Source of the DNA: Auanema rhodensis
Lineage: Eukaryota > Animalia > Nematoda
Direction: 5' to 3'
Assembly: GCA_964057225.1 (NCBI GenBank)
Contig: OZ059899.1
Coordinates: 18,166,001-18,230,000, forward strand
DNA length: 64,000 bases
Every line of letters begins with the position of its first letter. The first letter of the stretch is position 1. Below, one piece after another: positions 12,281 through 27,200 of the stretch. Both the position numbers and the translations under genes were made by a program. Under the pieces are notes generated by a model. It ran no database searches. It saw only the letters and a list, made by a program, of their open reading frames with translations, and was not told where the DNA came from.

Positions 12281-15200
12281 AGTCTTAAAACCAATTTTTA
12301 TTGATATTGGTGCATGGTAACCATGACTTTGAATTTTACGTGAACTTTAATTTATGCTAATTAAATGTACACGTGATGTGCACTTGGTATGTAACTTGCT
12401 TCACGTGAAAGATAAAGAGATGCGGTTTTCAAAATTAGATTCCCCATGTCCATATTAGTCTTAAAACAAATTTTTATTGATATTGGTGCATGGTAACCAT
12501 GACTTTGAAATTTACGTGAACTTTAATTTATGCTAATTAAATGTACACGTGGTGTGCACTCGGTATGTAACTCGCTTCACGTGAAAGATAAAGAGATGCG
12601 GTTTTTAAAATTAGACTCCCCATGTCCATATTAGTCTAAAAACAAATTTTTATTGATATTGGTGCATGGTAACCATGACTTTGAAATTTACGTGAACTTT
12701 AATTTATGCTTATTAAATGTACACGTGGTGTGCACTCGGTATGTAACTCGCTTCACGTGAAAGATAAAGAGATGCGGTTTTTAAAATTAGATTCCCCATG
12801 TCCATATTAGTCTGAAAACAATTTTTTACTGATATTGGTGCATGGTAACCATGACTTTGAAATTTACGTGAACTTTAATTTATGCTAATTAAATGTACAA
12901 GTGATGTGCACTTGGTATGTAACTCGCTTCACGTGAAAGATAAGGAGATGCGGTTTTCACAATTAGATTCCCCATGTCCATATTAGTCTAAAAACAAATT
13001 TTTATTGATATTGGTGCATGGTAACCATGACTTTGAAATTTACGTGAACTTCAATTTATGCTAATTAAATGTACACGCGGTGTGCACTTGGTATGTAACT
13101 TGCTTCACGTGAAAGATAAAGAGATGCGGTTTTCAAAATTAGATTCCCCATGTCCATATTAGTCTTAAAACAAATTTTTATTGATATTGGTGCATGGTAA
13201 CCATGACTTTGAAATTTACGTGAACTTTAATTTATGCTAATTAAATGTACAAGTGATGTGCACTTGGTATGTAACTCGCTTCACGTGAAAGATAAAGAGA
13301 TGCGGTTTTCACAATTAGATTCCCCATGTCCATATTAGTCTAAAAACAAATTTTTATTGATATTGGTGCATGGTAACCATGACTTTGAAATTTACGTGAA
13401 CTTCAATTTATGCTAATTAAATGTACACGCGGTGTGCACTTGGTATGTAACTCGCTTCACGTGAAAGATAAAGAGATGCGGTTTTAAAAATTAGATTACC
13501 CATGTCCATATTAGTCTAAAAACAGTTTTTTACTGATATTGGTGCATGGTAACCATGATTTTGAAATTTACGTGAACTTTAATTTATGCTAATTAAATGT
13601 ACAAGTGATGTGCACTTGGTATGTAACTCGCTTCACGTGAAAGATAAAGAGATGCGGTTTTTAAAATTAGATTCCCCATGTCCATATTAGTCTAAAAACA
13701 AATTTTTATTGATATTGGTGCATGGTAACCATGACTTTGAAATTTACGTGAACTTCAATTTATGCTAATTAAATGTACACGCGGTGTGCACTTGGTATGT
13801 AACTCGCTTCACGTGAAAGATAAAGAGATGCGGTTTTAAAAATTAGATTCCCCATGTCCATATTAGTCTAAAAACAGTTTTTTACTGATATTGGTGCATG
13901 GTAACCATGATTTTGAAATTTACGTGAACTTTAATTTATGCTAATTAAATGTACACGTGGTGTGCACTCGGTATGTAACTCGCTTCACGTGAAAGATAAA
14001 GAGATGCGGTTATCAAAATTAGATTTCCCATGTCCATATTAGTCTAAAAACAAATTTTTATTGATATTGGTGCATGGTAACCATGACTTTGAATTTTACG
14101 TGAACTTTGATTTATGCTAATTAAATGTACACGTGATGTGCACTTGGTATGTAACTTGCTTCACGTGAAAGATAAAGAGATGCGGTTTTCAAAATTAGAT
14201 TCCCCATGTCCATATTAGTCTTAAAACAAATTTTTATTGATATTGGTGCATGGTAACCATGACTTTGAAATTTACGTGAACTTTAATTTACGCTAATTAA
14301 ATGTACAAGTGATGTGCACTTGGTATGTAACTCGCTTCACGTGAAAGATAAAGAGATGCGGTTTTCACAATTAGATTCCCCATGTCCATATTAGTCTAAA
14401 AACAAATTTTTATTGATATTGGTGCATGGTAACCATGACTTTGAAATTTACGTGAACTTCAATTTATGCTAATTAAATGTACACGCGGTGTGCACTTGGT
14501 ATGTAACTCGCTTCACGTGAAAGATAAAGAGATGCGGTTTTAAAAATTAGATTCCCCATGTCCATATTAGTCTAAAAACAGTTTTTTACTGATATTGGTG
14601 CATGGTAACCATGATTTTGAAATTTACGTGAACTTTAATTTATGCTAATTAAATGTACACGTGGTGTGCACTCGGTATGTAACTCGCTTCACGTGAAAGA
14701 TAAAGAGATGCGGTTAACAAAATTAGATTTCCTATGTCCATATTAGTCTAAAAACAAATTTTTATTGATATTGGTTCATGGTAACCATGACTTTGAAATT
14801 TACGTGAACTTTAATTTATGCTAATTAAATGTACAAGTGATGTGCACTTGGTATGTAACTCGCTTCACGTGAAAGATGAAGAGATGCGGTTTTCACAATT
14901 AGATTCCCCATGTCCATATTAGTCTAAAAACAAATTTTTATTGATATTGGTGCATGGTAACCATGACTTTGAAATTTACGTGAACTTTAATTTATGCTAA
15001 TTAAATGTACACGTGGTGTGCACTCGGTATGTAACTCGCTTCACGTGAAAGATAAAGAGATGCGGTTTTCAAAATTAGATTCCCCATGTCCATATTAGTC
15101 TAAAAACAAATTTTTATTGATATTGGTTCATGGTAACCATGACTTTGAAATTTACGTGAACTTTAATTTATGCTAATTAAATGTACACGTGGTGTGCACT

Positions 15201-18200
15201 CGGTATGTAACTCGCTTCACGTGAAAGATAAAGAGATGCGGTTTTCACAATTAGATTCCCCATGTCCATATTAGTCTAAAAACAAATTTTTATTGATATT
15301 GGTGCATGGTAACCATGATTTTGAAATTTACGTGAACTTTAATTTATGCTAATTAAATGTACACGTGGTGTGCACTCGGTATGTAACTCGCTTCACGTGA
15401 AAGATAAAGAGATGCGGTTAACAAAATTAGATTTCCTATGTCCATATTAGTCTAAAAACAAATTTTTATTGATATTGGTGCATGGTAACCATGATTTTGA
15501 AATTTACGTGAACTTTAATTTATGCTAATTAAATGTACACGTGGTGTGCACTCGGTATGTAACTCGCTTCACGTGAAAGATAAAGAGATGCGGTTTTCAA
15601 AATTAGATTCCCCATGTCCATATTAGTCTTAAAACAAATTTTTATTGATATTGGTGCATGGTAACCATGACTTTGAAATTTACGTGAACTTTAATTTATG
15701 CTAATTAAATGTACAAGTGATGTGCACTTGGTATGTAACTCGCTTCACGTGAAAGATGAAGAGATGCGGTTTTCACAATTAGATTCCCCATGTCCATATT
15801 AGTCTAAAAACAAATTTTTATTGATATTGGTGCATGGTAACCATGACTTTGAAATTTACGTGAACTTCAATTTATGCTAATTAAATGTACACGCGGTGTG
15901 CACTTGGTATGTAACTCGCTTCACGTGAAAGATAAAGAGATGCGGTTTTAAAAATTAGATTCCCCATGTCCATATTAGTCTAAAAACAGTTTTTTACTGA
16001 TATTGGTGCATGGTAACCATGATTTTGAAATTTACGTGAACTTTAATTTATGCTAATTAAATGTACACGTGGTGTGCACTCGGTATGTAACTCGCTTCAC
16101 GTGAAAGATAAAGAGATGCGGTTAACAAAATTAGATTCCCTATGTCCATATTAGTCTAAAAACAAATTTTTATTGATATTGGTTCATGGTAACCATGACT
16201 TTGAAATTTACGTGAACTTTAATTTATGCTAATTAAATGTACACGCGATGTGCACTTGGTATGTAACTCGCTTCACGTGAAAGATAAAGAGATGCAGTTC
16301 TCAAAATTAGATTCCCCATGTCCATATTAGTCTAGAAACAAATTTTTATTGATATTGGTGCATGGTAACCATGACTTTGAAATTTACGTGAACTTTAATT
16401 TATGCTAATTAAATGTACACGTGGTGTGCACTCGGTATGTAACTCGCTTCACGTGAAAGATAAAGAGATGCGGTTAACAAAATTAGATTTCCTATGTCCA
16501 TATTAGTCTAAAAACAAATTTTTATTGATATTGGTTCATGGTAACCATGACTTTGAAATTTACGTGAACTTTAATTTATGCTAATTAAATGTACACGTGG
16601 TGTGCACTCGGTATGTAACTCGCTTCACGTGAAAGATAAAAAGATGCGGTTTTCAAAATTTGATTCCTCATGTCCATATTAGTCTAAAAACAAATTTTTA
16701 TTGATATTGGTGCATGGTAACCATGACTTTGAAATTTACGTGAACTTTAATTTATGCTAATTAAATGTACACGTGGTGTGCACTCGGTATGTAACTCGCT
16801 TCACGTGAAAGATAAAAAGATGCGGTTTTGAAAATTTGATTCCTCATGTCCATATTAGTCTAAAAACAAATTTTTATTGATATTGGTGCATGGTAACCAT
16901 GACTTTGAAATTTACGTGAACTTTAATTTATGCTTATTAAATGTACACGTGGTGTGCACTCGGTATGTAACTCGCTTGACGTGAAAGATAAAGAGATGCG
17001 GTTTTTAAAATTAGATTCCCCATGTCCATATTAGTCTAAAAACAAATTTTTATTGATATTGGTGCATGGTAACCATGACTTTGAAATTTACGTGAACTTT
17101 AATTTATGCTAATTAAATGTACAAGTGATGTGCACTTGGTATGTAACTCGCTTCACGTGAAAGATAAGGAGATGCGGTTTTCACAATTAGATTCCCCATG
17201 TCCATATTAGTCTAGAAACAAATTTTTATTGATATTGGTGCATGGTAACCATGACTTTGAAATTTACGTGAACTTTAATTTATGCTAATTAAATGTACAC
17301 GTGGTGTGCACTCGGTATGTAACTCGCTTCACGTGAAAGATAAAAAGATGCGGTTTTCAAAATTTGATTCCTCATGTCCATATTAGTCTAAAAACAAATT
17401 TTTATTGATATTGGTGCATGGTAACCATGACTTTGAAATTTACGTGAACTTTAATTTATGCTAATTAAATGTACACGTGATGTGCACTTGGTATGTAACT
17501 CGCTTCACGTGAAAGATAAAGAGATGCAGTTCTCAAAATTAGATTCCCCATGTCCATATTAGTCTAGAAACAAATTTTTATTGATATTGGTGCATGGTAA
17601 CCATGACTTTGAAATTTACGTGAACTTTAATTTATGCTAATTAAATGTACACGTGATGTGCACTTGGTATGTAACTTGCTTCACGTGAAAGATAAAGAGA
17701 TGCGGTTTTCAAAATTAGATTCCCCATGTCCATATTAGTCTTAAAACAAATTTTCATTGATATTGGTGCATGGTAACCATGACTTTGAAATTTACGTGAA
17801 CTTTAATTTATGCTAATTAAATGTACACGTGATGTGCACTTGGTATGTAACTCGCTTCACGTGAAAGATAAAGAGATGCAGTTCTCAAAATTAGATTCCC
17901 CATGTCCATATTAGTCTAAAAACAAATTTTTATTGATATTGGTGCATGGTAACCATGACTTTGAAATTTACGTGAACTTTAATTTATGCTAATTAAATGT
18001 ACACGTGGTGTGCACTCGGTATGTAACTCGCTTCACGTGAAAGATAAAGAGATGCGGTTTTTAAAATTAGATTCCCCATGTCCATATTAGTCTAAAAACA
18101 AATTTTTATTGATATTGGTGCATGGTAACCATGACTTTGAAATTTACGTGAACTTTAATTTATGCTAATTAAATGTACACGTGATGTGCACTTGGTATGT

Positions 18201-21200
18201 AACTCGCTTCACGTGAAAGATAAGGAGATGCGGTTTTCAAAAATAGATTCCCCATGTCCATATTAGTCTAAAAACAAATTTTTATTGATATTGGTGCATG
18301 GTAACCATGACTTTGAAATTTACGTGAACTTTAATTTATGCTAATTAAATGTACACGTGGTGTGCACTCGGTATGTAACTCGCTTCACGTGAAAGATAAA
18401 GAGATGAGGTTTTCCAAATTAGATTCCCCATGTCCATATTAGTCTAAAAACAAATTTTTATCGATATTGGTGCATGGTAACCATGACTTTGAAATTTACG
18501 TGAACTTTATTTTATGCTACATAAATGTACACGTGGTGTGCACTCGGTATGTATCTCGCTTCACGTGAAAGAAAAAGAGATGCGGTTTTCCAAATTAGAT
18601 TCCCCATGTCCATATTAGTCTAAAAACAAATTTTTATCGATATTGGTGCATGGTAACCATGACTTTGAAATTTACGTGAACTTTAATTTATGCTAATTAA
18701 ATGTACACGTGGTGTGCACTCGGTATGTAACTCGCTTCACGTGAAAGATAAAGAGATGAGGTTTTCCAAATTAGATTCCCCATGTCCATATTAGTCTAAA
18801 AACAAATTTTTATCGATATTGGTGCATGGTAACCATGACTTTGAAATTTACGTGAACTTTATTTTATGCTACATAAATGTACACGTGGTGTGCACTCGGT
18901 ATGTATCTCGCTTCACGTGAAAGAAAAAGAGATGCGGTTTCCAAAATTAGATTCCCCATGTCCATAATAGTCTAAAAACAGTTTTTTACTGATATTGGTG
19001 CATGGTAACCATGACTTTGAAATTTACGTGAACTTTAATTTATGCTAATTAAATGTACACGTGATGTGCACTTGGTATGTAACTCGCTTCACGTGAAAGA
19101 TAAAGAGATGCAGTTCTCAAAATTAGATTCCCCATGTCCATATTAGTCTAAAAACAAATTTTTATTGATATTGGTGCATGGTAACCATGACTTTGAAATT
19201 TACGTGAACTTTAATTTATGCTAATTAAATGTACACGTGGTGTGCACTCGGTATGTAACTCGCTTCACGTGAAAGATAAAGAGATGCGGTTTTTAAAATT
19301 AGATTCCCCATGTCCATATTAGTCTAAAAACAAATTTTTATCGATATTGGTGCATGGTAACCATGACTTTGAAATTTACGTGAACTTTAATTTATGCTAA
19401 TTAAATGTACACGTGATGTGCACTTGGTATGTAACTCGCTTCACGTGAAAGATAAGGAGATGCGGTTTTCAAAAATAGATTCCCCATGTCCATATTAGTC
19501 TAAAAACAAATTTTTATTGATATTGGTGCATGGTAACCATGACTTTGAAATTTACGTGAACTTTAATTTATGCTAATTGAATGTACACGTGGTGTGCACT
19601 CGGTATGTAACTCGCTTCACGTGAAAGATAAAGAGATGAGGTTTTCCAAATTAGATTCCCCATGTCCATATTAGTCTAAAAACAAATTTTTATCGATATT
19701 GGTGCATGGTAACCATGACTTTGAAATTTACGTGAACTTTATTTTATGCTACATAAATGTACACGTGGTGTGCACTCGGTATGTATCTCGCTTCACGTGA
19801 AAGAAAAAGAGATGCGGTTTCCAAAATTAGATTCCCCATGTCCATATTAGTCTAAAAACAGTTTTTTACTGATATTGGTGCATGGTAACCATGATTTTGA
19901 AATTTACGTGAACTTTAATTTATGCTAATTAAATGTACACGTGATGTGCACTTGGTATGTAACTTGCTTCACGTGAAAGATAAAGAGATGCAGTTCTCAA
20001 AATTAGATTCCCCATGTCCATATTAGTCTAAAAACAAATTTTTATTGATATTGGTGCATGGTAACCATGACTTTGAATTTTACGTGAACTTTAATTTATG
20101 CTAATTAAATGTACACGTGATGTGCACTTGGTATGTAACTTGCTTCACGTGAAAGATAAAGAGATGCAGTTCTCAAAATTAGATTCCCCATGTCCATATT
20201 AGTCTAAAAACAAATTTTTATCGATATTGGTGCATGGTAACCATGATTTTGAAATTTACGTGAACTTTAATTTATGCTAATTAAATGTACACGTGATGTG
20301 CACTTGGTATGTAACTTGCTTCACGTGAAAGATAAAGAGATGCAGTTCTCAAAATTAGATTCCCCATGTCCATATTAGTCTAAAAACAAATTTTTATTGA
20401 TATTGGTGCATGGTAACCATGACTTTGAATTTTACGTGAACTTTAATTTATGCTAATTAAATGTACACATGGTGTGCACTCGGTATGTAACTCGCTTCAC
20501 GTGAAAGATAAAGAGATGCAGTTCTCAAAATTAGATTCCCCATGTCCATATTAGTCTAAAAACAAATTTTTATTGATATTGGTGCATGGTAACCATGACT
20601 TTGAATTTTACGTGAACTTTAATTTATGCTAATTAAATGTACACGTGATGTGCACTTGGTATGTAACTTGCTTCACGTGAAAGATAAAGAGATGCGGTTT
20701 TCAAAATTAGATTCCCCATGTCCATATTAGTCTTAAAACAAATTTTTATTGATATTGGTGCATGGTAACCATGACTTTGAAATTTACGTGAACTTTAATT
20801 TATGCTAATTAAATGTACACGTGGTGTGCACTCGGTATGTAACTCGCTTCACGTGAAAGATAAAGAGATGCTGTTTTTAAAATTAGATTCCCCATGTCCA
20901 TATTAGTCTAAAAACAAATTTTTATTGATATTGGTGCATGGTAACCATGACTTTGAAATTTACGTGAACTTTAATTTATGCTAATTAAATGTACACGTGA
21001 TGTGCACTTGGTATGTAACTCGCTTCACGTGAAAGATAAAGAGATGCGGTTTTAAAAATTAGATTCCCCATGTCCATATTAGTCTAAAAACAGTTTTTTA
21101 CTGATATTGGTGCATGGTAACCATGATTTTGAAATTTACGTGAACTTTAATTTATGCTAATTAAATGTACACGTGGTGTGCACTCGGTATGTAACTCGCT

Positions 21201-24200
21201 TCACGTGAAAGATAAAGAGATGCGGTTAACAAAATTAGATTTCCTATGTCCATATTAGTCTAAAAACAAATTTTTATTGATATTGGTTCATGGTAACCAT
21301 GACTTTGAAATTTACGTGAACTTTAATTTATGCTAATTAAATGTACACGTGGTGTGCACTCGGTATGTAACTCGCTTCACGTGAAAGATAAAAAGATGCG
21401 GTTTTCAAAATTTGATTCCTCATGTCCATATTAGTCTAAAAACAAATTTTTATTGATATTGGTGCATGGTAACCATGACTTTGAAATTTACGTGAACTTT
21501 AATTTATGCTAATTAAATGTACACGTGATGTGCACTTGGTATGTAACTCGCTTCACGTGAAAGATAAAGAGATGCAGTTCTCAAAATTAGATTCCCCATG
21601 TCCATATTAGTCTAGAAACAAATTTTTATTGATATTGGTGCATGGTAACCATGACTTTGAAATTTACGTGAACTTTAATTTATGCTAATTAAATGTACAC
21701 GTGATGTGCACTTGGTATGTAACTTGCTTCACGTGAAAGATAAAGAGATGCGGTTTTCAAAATTAGATTCCCCATGTCCATATTAGTCTTAAAACAAATT
21801 TTCATTGATATTGGTGCATGGTAACCATGACTTTGAAATTTACGTGAACTTTAATTTATGCTAATTAAATGTACACGTGATGTGCACTTGGTATGTAACT
21901 CGCTTCACGTGAAAGATAAAGAGATGCAGTTCTCAAAATTAGATTCCCCATGTCCATATTAGTCTAAAAACAAATTTTTATTGATATTGGTGCATGGTAA
22001 CCATGACTTTGAAATTTACGTGAACTTTAATTTATGCTAATTAAATGTACACGTGGTGTGCACTCGGTATGTAACTCGCTTCACGTGAAAGATAAAGAGA
22101 TGCGGTTTTTAAAATTAGATTCCCCATGTCCATATTAGTCTAAAAACAAATTTTTATTGATATTGGTGCATGGTAACCATGACTTTGAAATTTACGTGAA
22201 CTTTAATTTATGCTAATTAAATGTACACCTGGTGTGCACTCGGTATGTAACTCGCTTCACGTGAAAGATAAAGAGATGAGGTTTTCCAAATTAGATTCCC
22301 CATGTCCATATTAGTCTAAAAACAAATTTTTATCGATATTGGTGCATGGTAACCATGACTTTGAAATTTACGTGAACTTTATTTTATGCTAATTAAATGT
22401 ACACGTGATGTGCACTTGGTATGTAACTTGCTTCACGTGAAAGATAAAGAGATGCGGTTTTCAAAATTAGATTCCCCATGTCCATATTAGTCTTAAAACA
22501 AATTTTCATTGATATTGGTGCATGGTAACCATGACTTTGAAATTTACGTGAACTTTAATTTATGCTAATTAAATGTACACGTGATGTGCACTTGGTATGT
22601 AACTCGCTTCACGTGAAAGATAAAGAGATGCAGTTCTCAAAATTAGATTCCCCATGTCCATATTAGTCTAAAAACAAATTTTTATTGATATTGGTGCATG
22701 GTAACCATGACTTTGAAATTTACGTGAACTTTAATTTATGCTAATTAAATGTACACGTGGTGTGCACTCGGTATGTAACTCGCTTCACGTGAAAGATAAA
22801 GAGATGCGGTTTTTAAAATTAGATTCCCCATGTCCATATTAGTCTAAAAACAAATTTTTATTGATATTGGTGCATGGTAACCATGACTTTGAAATTTACG
22901 TGAACTTTAATTTATGCTAATTAAATGTACACGTGGTGTGCACTCGGTATGTAACTCGCTTCACGTGAAAGATAAAGAGATGAGGTTTTCCAAATTAGAT
23001 TCCCCATGTCCATATTAGTCTAAAAACAAATTTTTATCGATATTGGTGCATGGTAACCATGACTTTGAAATTTACGTGAACTTTATTTTATGCTACATAA
23101 ATGTACACGTGGTGTGCACTCGGTATGTATCTCGCTTCACGTGAAAGAAAAAGAGATGCGGTTTCCAAAATTAGATTCCCCATGTCCATATTAGTCTAAA
23201 AACAGTTTTTTACTGATATTGGTGCATGGTAACCATGATTTTGAAATTTACGTGAACTTTAATTTATGCTAATTAAATGTACACGTGATGTGCACTTGGT
23301 ATGTAACTTGCTTCACGTGAAAGATAAAGAGATGCAGTTCTCAAAATTAGATTCCCCATGTCCATATTAGTCTAAAAACAAATTTTTATTGATATTGGTG
23401 CATGGTAACCATGACTTTGAATTTTACGTGAACTTTAATTTATGCTAATTAAATGTACACGTGATGTGCACTTGGTATGTAACTTGCTTCACGTGAAAGA
23501 TAAAGAGATGCAGTTCTCAAAATTAGATTCCCCATGTCCATATTAGTCTAAAAACAAATTTTTATCGATATTGGTGCATGGTAACCATGATTTTGAAATT
23601 TACGTGAACTTTAATTTATGCTAATTAAATGTACACGTGATGTGCACTTGGTATGTAACTTGCTTCACGTGAAAGATAAAGAGATGCAGTTCTCAAAATT
23701 AGATTCCCCATGTCCATATTAGTCTAAAAACAAATTTTTATTGATATTGGTGCATGGTAACCATGACTTTGAATTTTACGTGAACTTTAATTTATGCTAA
23801 TTAAATGTACACATGGTGTGCACTCGGTATGTAACTCGCTTCACGTGAAAGATAAAGAGATGCAGTTCTCAAAATTAGATTCCCCATGTCCATATTAGTC
23901 TAAAAACAAATTTTTATTGATATTGGTGCATGGTAACCATGACTTTGAATTTTACGTGAACTTTAATTTATGCTAATTAAATGTACACGTGATGTGCACT
24001 TGGTATGTAACTTGCTTCACGTGAAAGATAAAGAGATGCGGTTTTCAAAATTAGATTCCCCATGTCCATATTAGTCTTAAAACAAATTTTTATTGATATT
24101 GGTGCATGGTAACCATGACTTTGAAATTTACGTGAACTTTAATTTATGCTAATTAAATGTACACGTGGTGTGCACTCGGTATGTAACTCGCTTCACGTGA

Positions 24201-27200
24201 AAGATAAAGAGATGCGGTTAACAAAATTAGATTTCCTATGTCCATATTAGTCTAAAAACAAATTTTTATTGATATTGGTTCATGGTAACCATGACTTTGA
24301 AATTTACGTGAACTTTAATTTATGCTAATTAAATGTACACGTGGTGTGCACTCGGTATGTAACTCGCTTCACGTGAAAGATAAAAAGATGCGGTTTTCAA
24401 AATTTGATTCCTCATGTCCATATTAGTCTAAAAACAAATTTTTATTGATATTGGTGCATGGTAACCATGACTTTGAAATTTACGTGAACTTTAATTTATG
24501 CTAATTAAATGTACACGTGATGTGCACTTGGTATGTAACTCGCTTCACGTGAAAGATAAAGAGATGCAGTTCTCAAAATTAGATTCCCCATGTCCATATT
24601 AGTCTAGAAACAAATTTTTATTGATATTGGTGCATGGTAACCATGACTTTGAAATTTACGTGAACTTTAATTTATGCTAATTAAATGTACACGTGATGTG
24701 CACTTGGTATGTAACTTGCTTCACGTGAAAGATAAAGAGATGCGGTTTTCAAAATTAGATTCCCCATGTCCATATTAGTCTTAAAACAAATTTTCATTGA
24801 TATTGGTGCATGGTAACCATGACTTTGAAATTTACGTGAACTTTAATTTATGCTAATTAAATGTACACGTGATGTGCACTTGGTATGTAACTTGCTTCAC
24901 GTGAAAGATAAAGAGATGCAGTTCTCAAAATTAGATTCCCCATGTCCATATTAGTCTAAAAACAAATTTTTATTGATATTGGTGCATGGTAACCATGACT
25001 TTGAAATTTACGTGAACTTTAATTTATGCTAATTAAATGTACACGTGGTGTGCACTCGGTATGTAACTCGCTTCACGTGAAAGATAAAGAGATGAGGTTT
25101 TCCAAATTAGATTCCCCATGTCCATATTAGTCTAAAAACAAATTTTTATCGATATTGGTGCATGGTAACCATGACTTTGAAATTTACGTGAACTTTATTT
25201 TATGCTACATTAATGTACACGTGGTGTGCACTCGGTATGTATCTCGCTTCACGTGAAAGATAAAGAGATGCGGTTTCCAAAATTAGATTCCCCATGTCCA
25301 TATTAGTCTAAAAACAGTTTTTTACTGATATTGGTGCATGGTAACCATGATTTTGAAATTTACGTGAACTTTAATTTATGCTAATTAAATGTACACATGG
25401 TGTGCACTCGGTATGTAACTCGCTTCACGTGAAAGATAAAGAGATGCGGTTTTCGAAATTAGATTCCCCATGTCCATATTAGTCTAAAAACAAATTTTTA
25501 TTGATATTGGTGTATGGTAACCATGACTTTGAAATTTACGTGAACTTTAATTTATGCTAATTAAATGTACACGTGATGTGCACTTGGTATGTAACTCGCT
25601 TCACGTGAAAGATAAAGAGATGCAGTTCTCAAAATTAGATTCCCCATGTCCATATTAGTCTAAAAACAAATTTTTATTGATATTGGTGCATGGTAACCAT
25701 GACTTTGAAATTTACGTGAACTTTAATTTATGCTAATTAAATGTACACGTGATGTGCACTTGGTATGTAACTTGCTTCACGTGAAAGATAAAGAGATGCG
25801 GTTTTCAAAATTAGATTCCCCATGTCCATATTAGTCTTAAAACAAATTGTTATTGATATTGGTGCATGGTAACCATGACTTTGAAATTTACGTGAACTTT
25901 AATTTATGCTAATTAAATGTACACGTGATGTGCACTTGGTATGTAACTCGCTTCACGTGAAAGATAAAGAGATGAGGTTTTCCAAATTAGATTCCCCATG
26001 TCCATATTAGTCTTAAAACAAATTTTTATTGATATTGGTGCATGGTAACCATGACTTTGAAATTTACGTGAACTTTAATTTATGCTAATTAAATGTACAC
26101 GTGGTGTGCACTCGGTATGTAACTCGCTTCACGTGAAAGATAAAGAGATGAGGTTTTCCAAATTAGATTCCCCATGTCCATATTAGTCTAAAAACAAATT
26201 TTTATCGATATTGGTGCATGGTAACCATGACTTTGAAATTTACGTGAACTTTATTTTATGCTACATTAATGTACACGTGGTGTGCACTCGGTATGTATCT
26301 CGCTTCACGTGAAAGATAAAGAGATGCGGTTTCCAAAATTAGATTCCCCATGTCCATATTAGCCTAAAAACAGTTTTTTACTGATATTGGTGCATGGTAA
26401 CCATGATTTTGAAATTTACGTAAACTTTAATTTATGCTAATTAAATGTACACATGGTGTGCACTCGGTATGTAACTCGCTTCACGTGAAAGATAAAGAGA
26501 TGCGGTTTTCGAAATTAGATTCCCCATGTCCATATTAGTCTAAAAACAAATTTTTATTGATATTGGTGCATGGTAACCATGACTTTGAAATTTACGTGAA
26601 CTTTAATTTATGCTAATTAAATGTACACGTGATGTGCACTTGGTATGTAACTCGCTTCACGTGAAAGATAAAGAGATGCAGTTCTCAAAATTAGATTCCC
26701 CATGTCCATATTAGTCTAAAAACAAATTTTTATTGATATTGGTGTATGGTAACCATGACTTTGAAATTTACGTGAACTTTAATTTATGCTAATTAAATGT
26801 ACACGTGATGTGCACTTGGTATGTAACTCGCTTCACGTGAAAGATAAAGAGATGCAGTTCTCAAAATTAGATTCCCCATGTCCATATTAGTCTAAAAACA
26901 AATTTTTATTGATATTGGTGCATGGTAACCATGACTTTGAAATTTACGTGAACTTTAATTTATGCTAATTAAATGTACACGTGATGTGCACTTGGTATGT
27001 AACTTGCTTCACGTGAAAGATAAAGAGATGCGGTTTTCAAAATTAGATTCCCCATGTCCATATTAGTCTTAAAACAAATTTTTATTGATATTGGTGCATG
27101 GTAACCATGACTTTGAAATTTACGTGAACTTTAATTTATGCTAATTAAATGTACACGTGATGTGCACTTGGTATGTAACTTGATTCACGTGAAAGATAAA

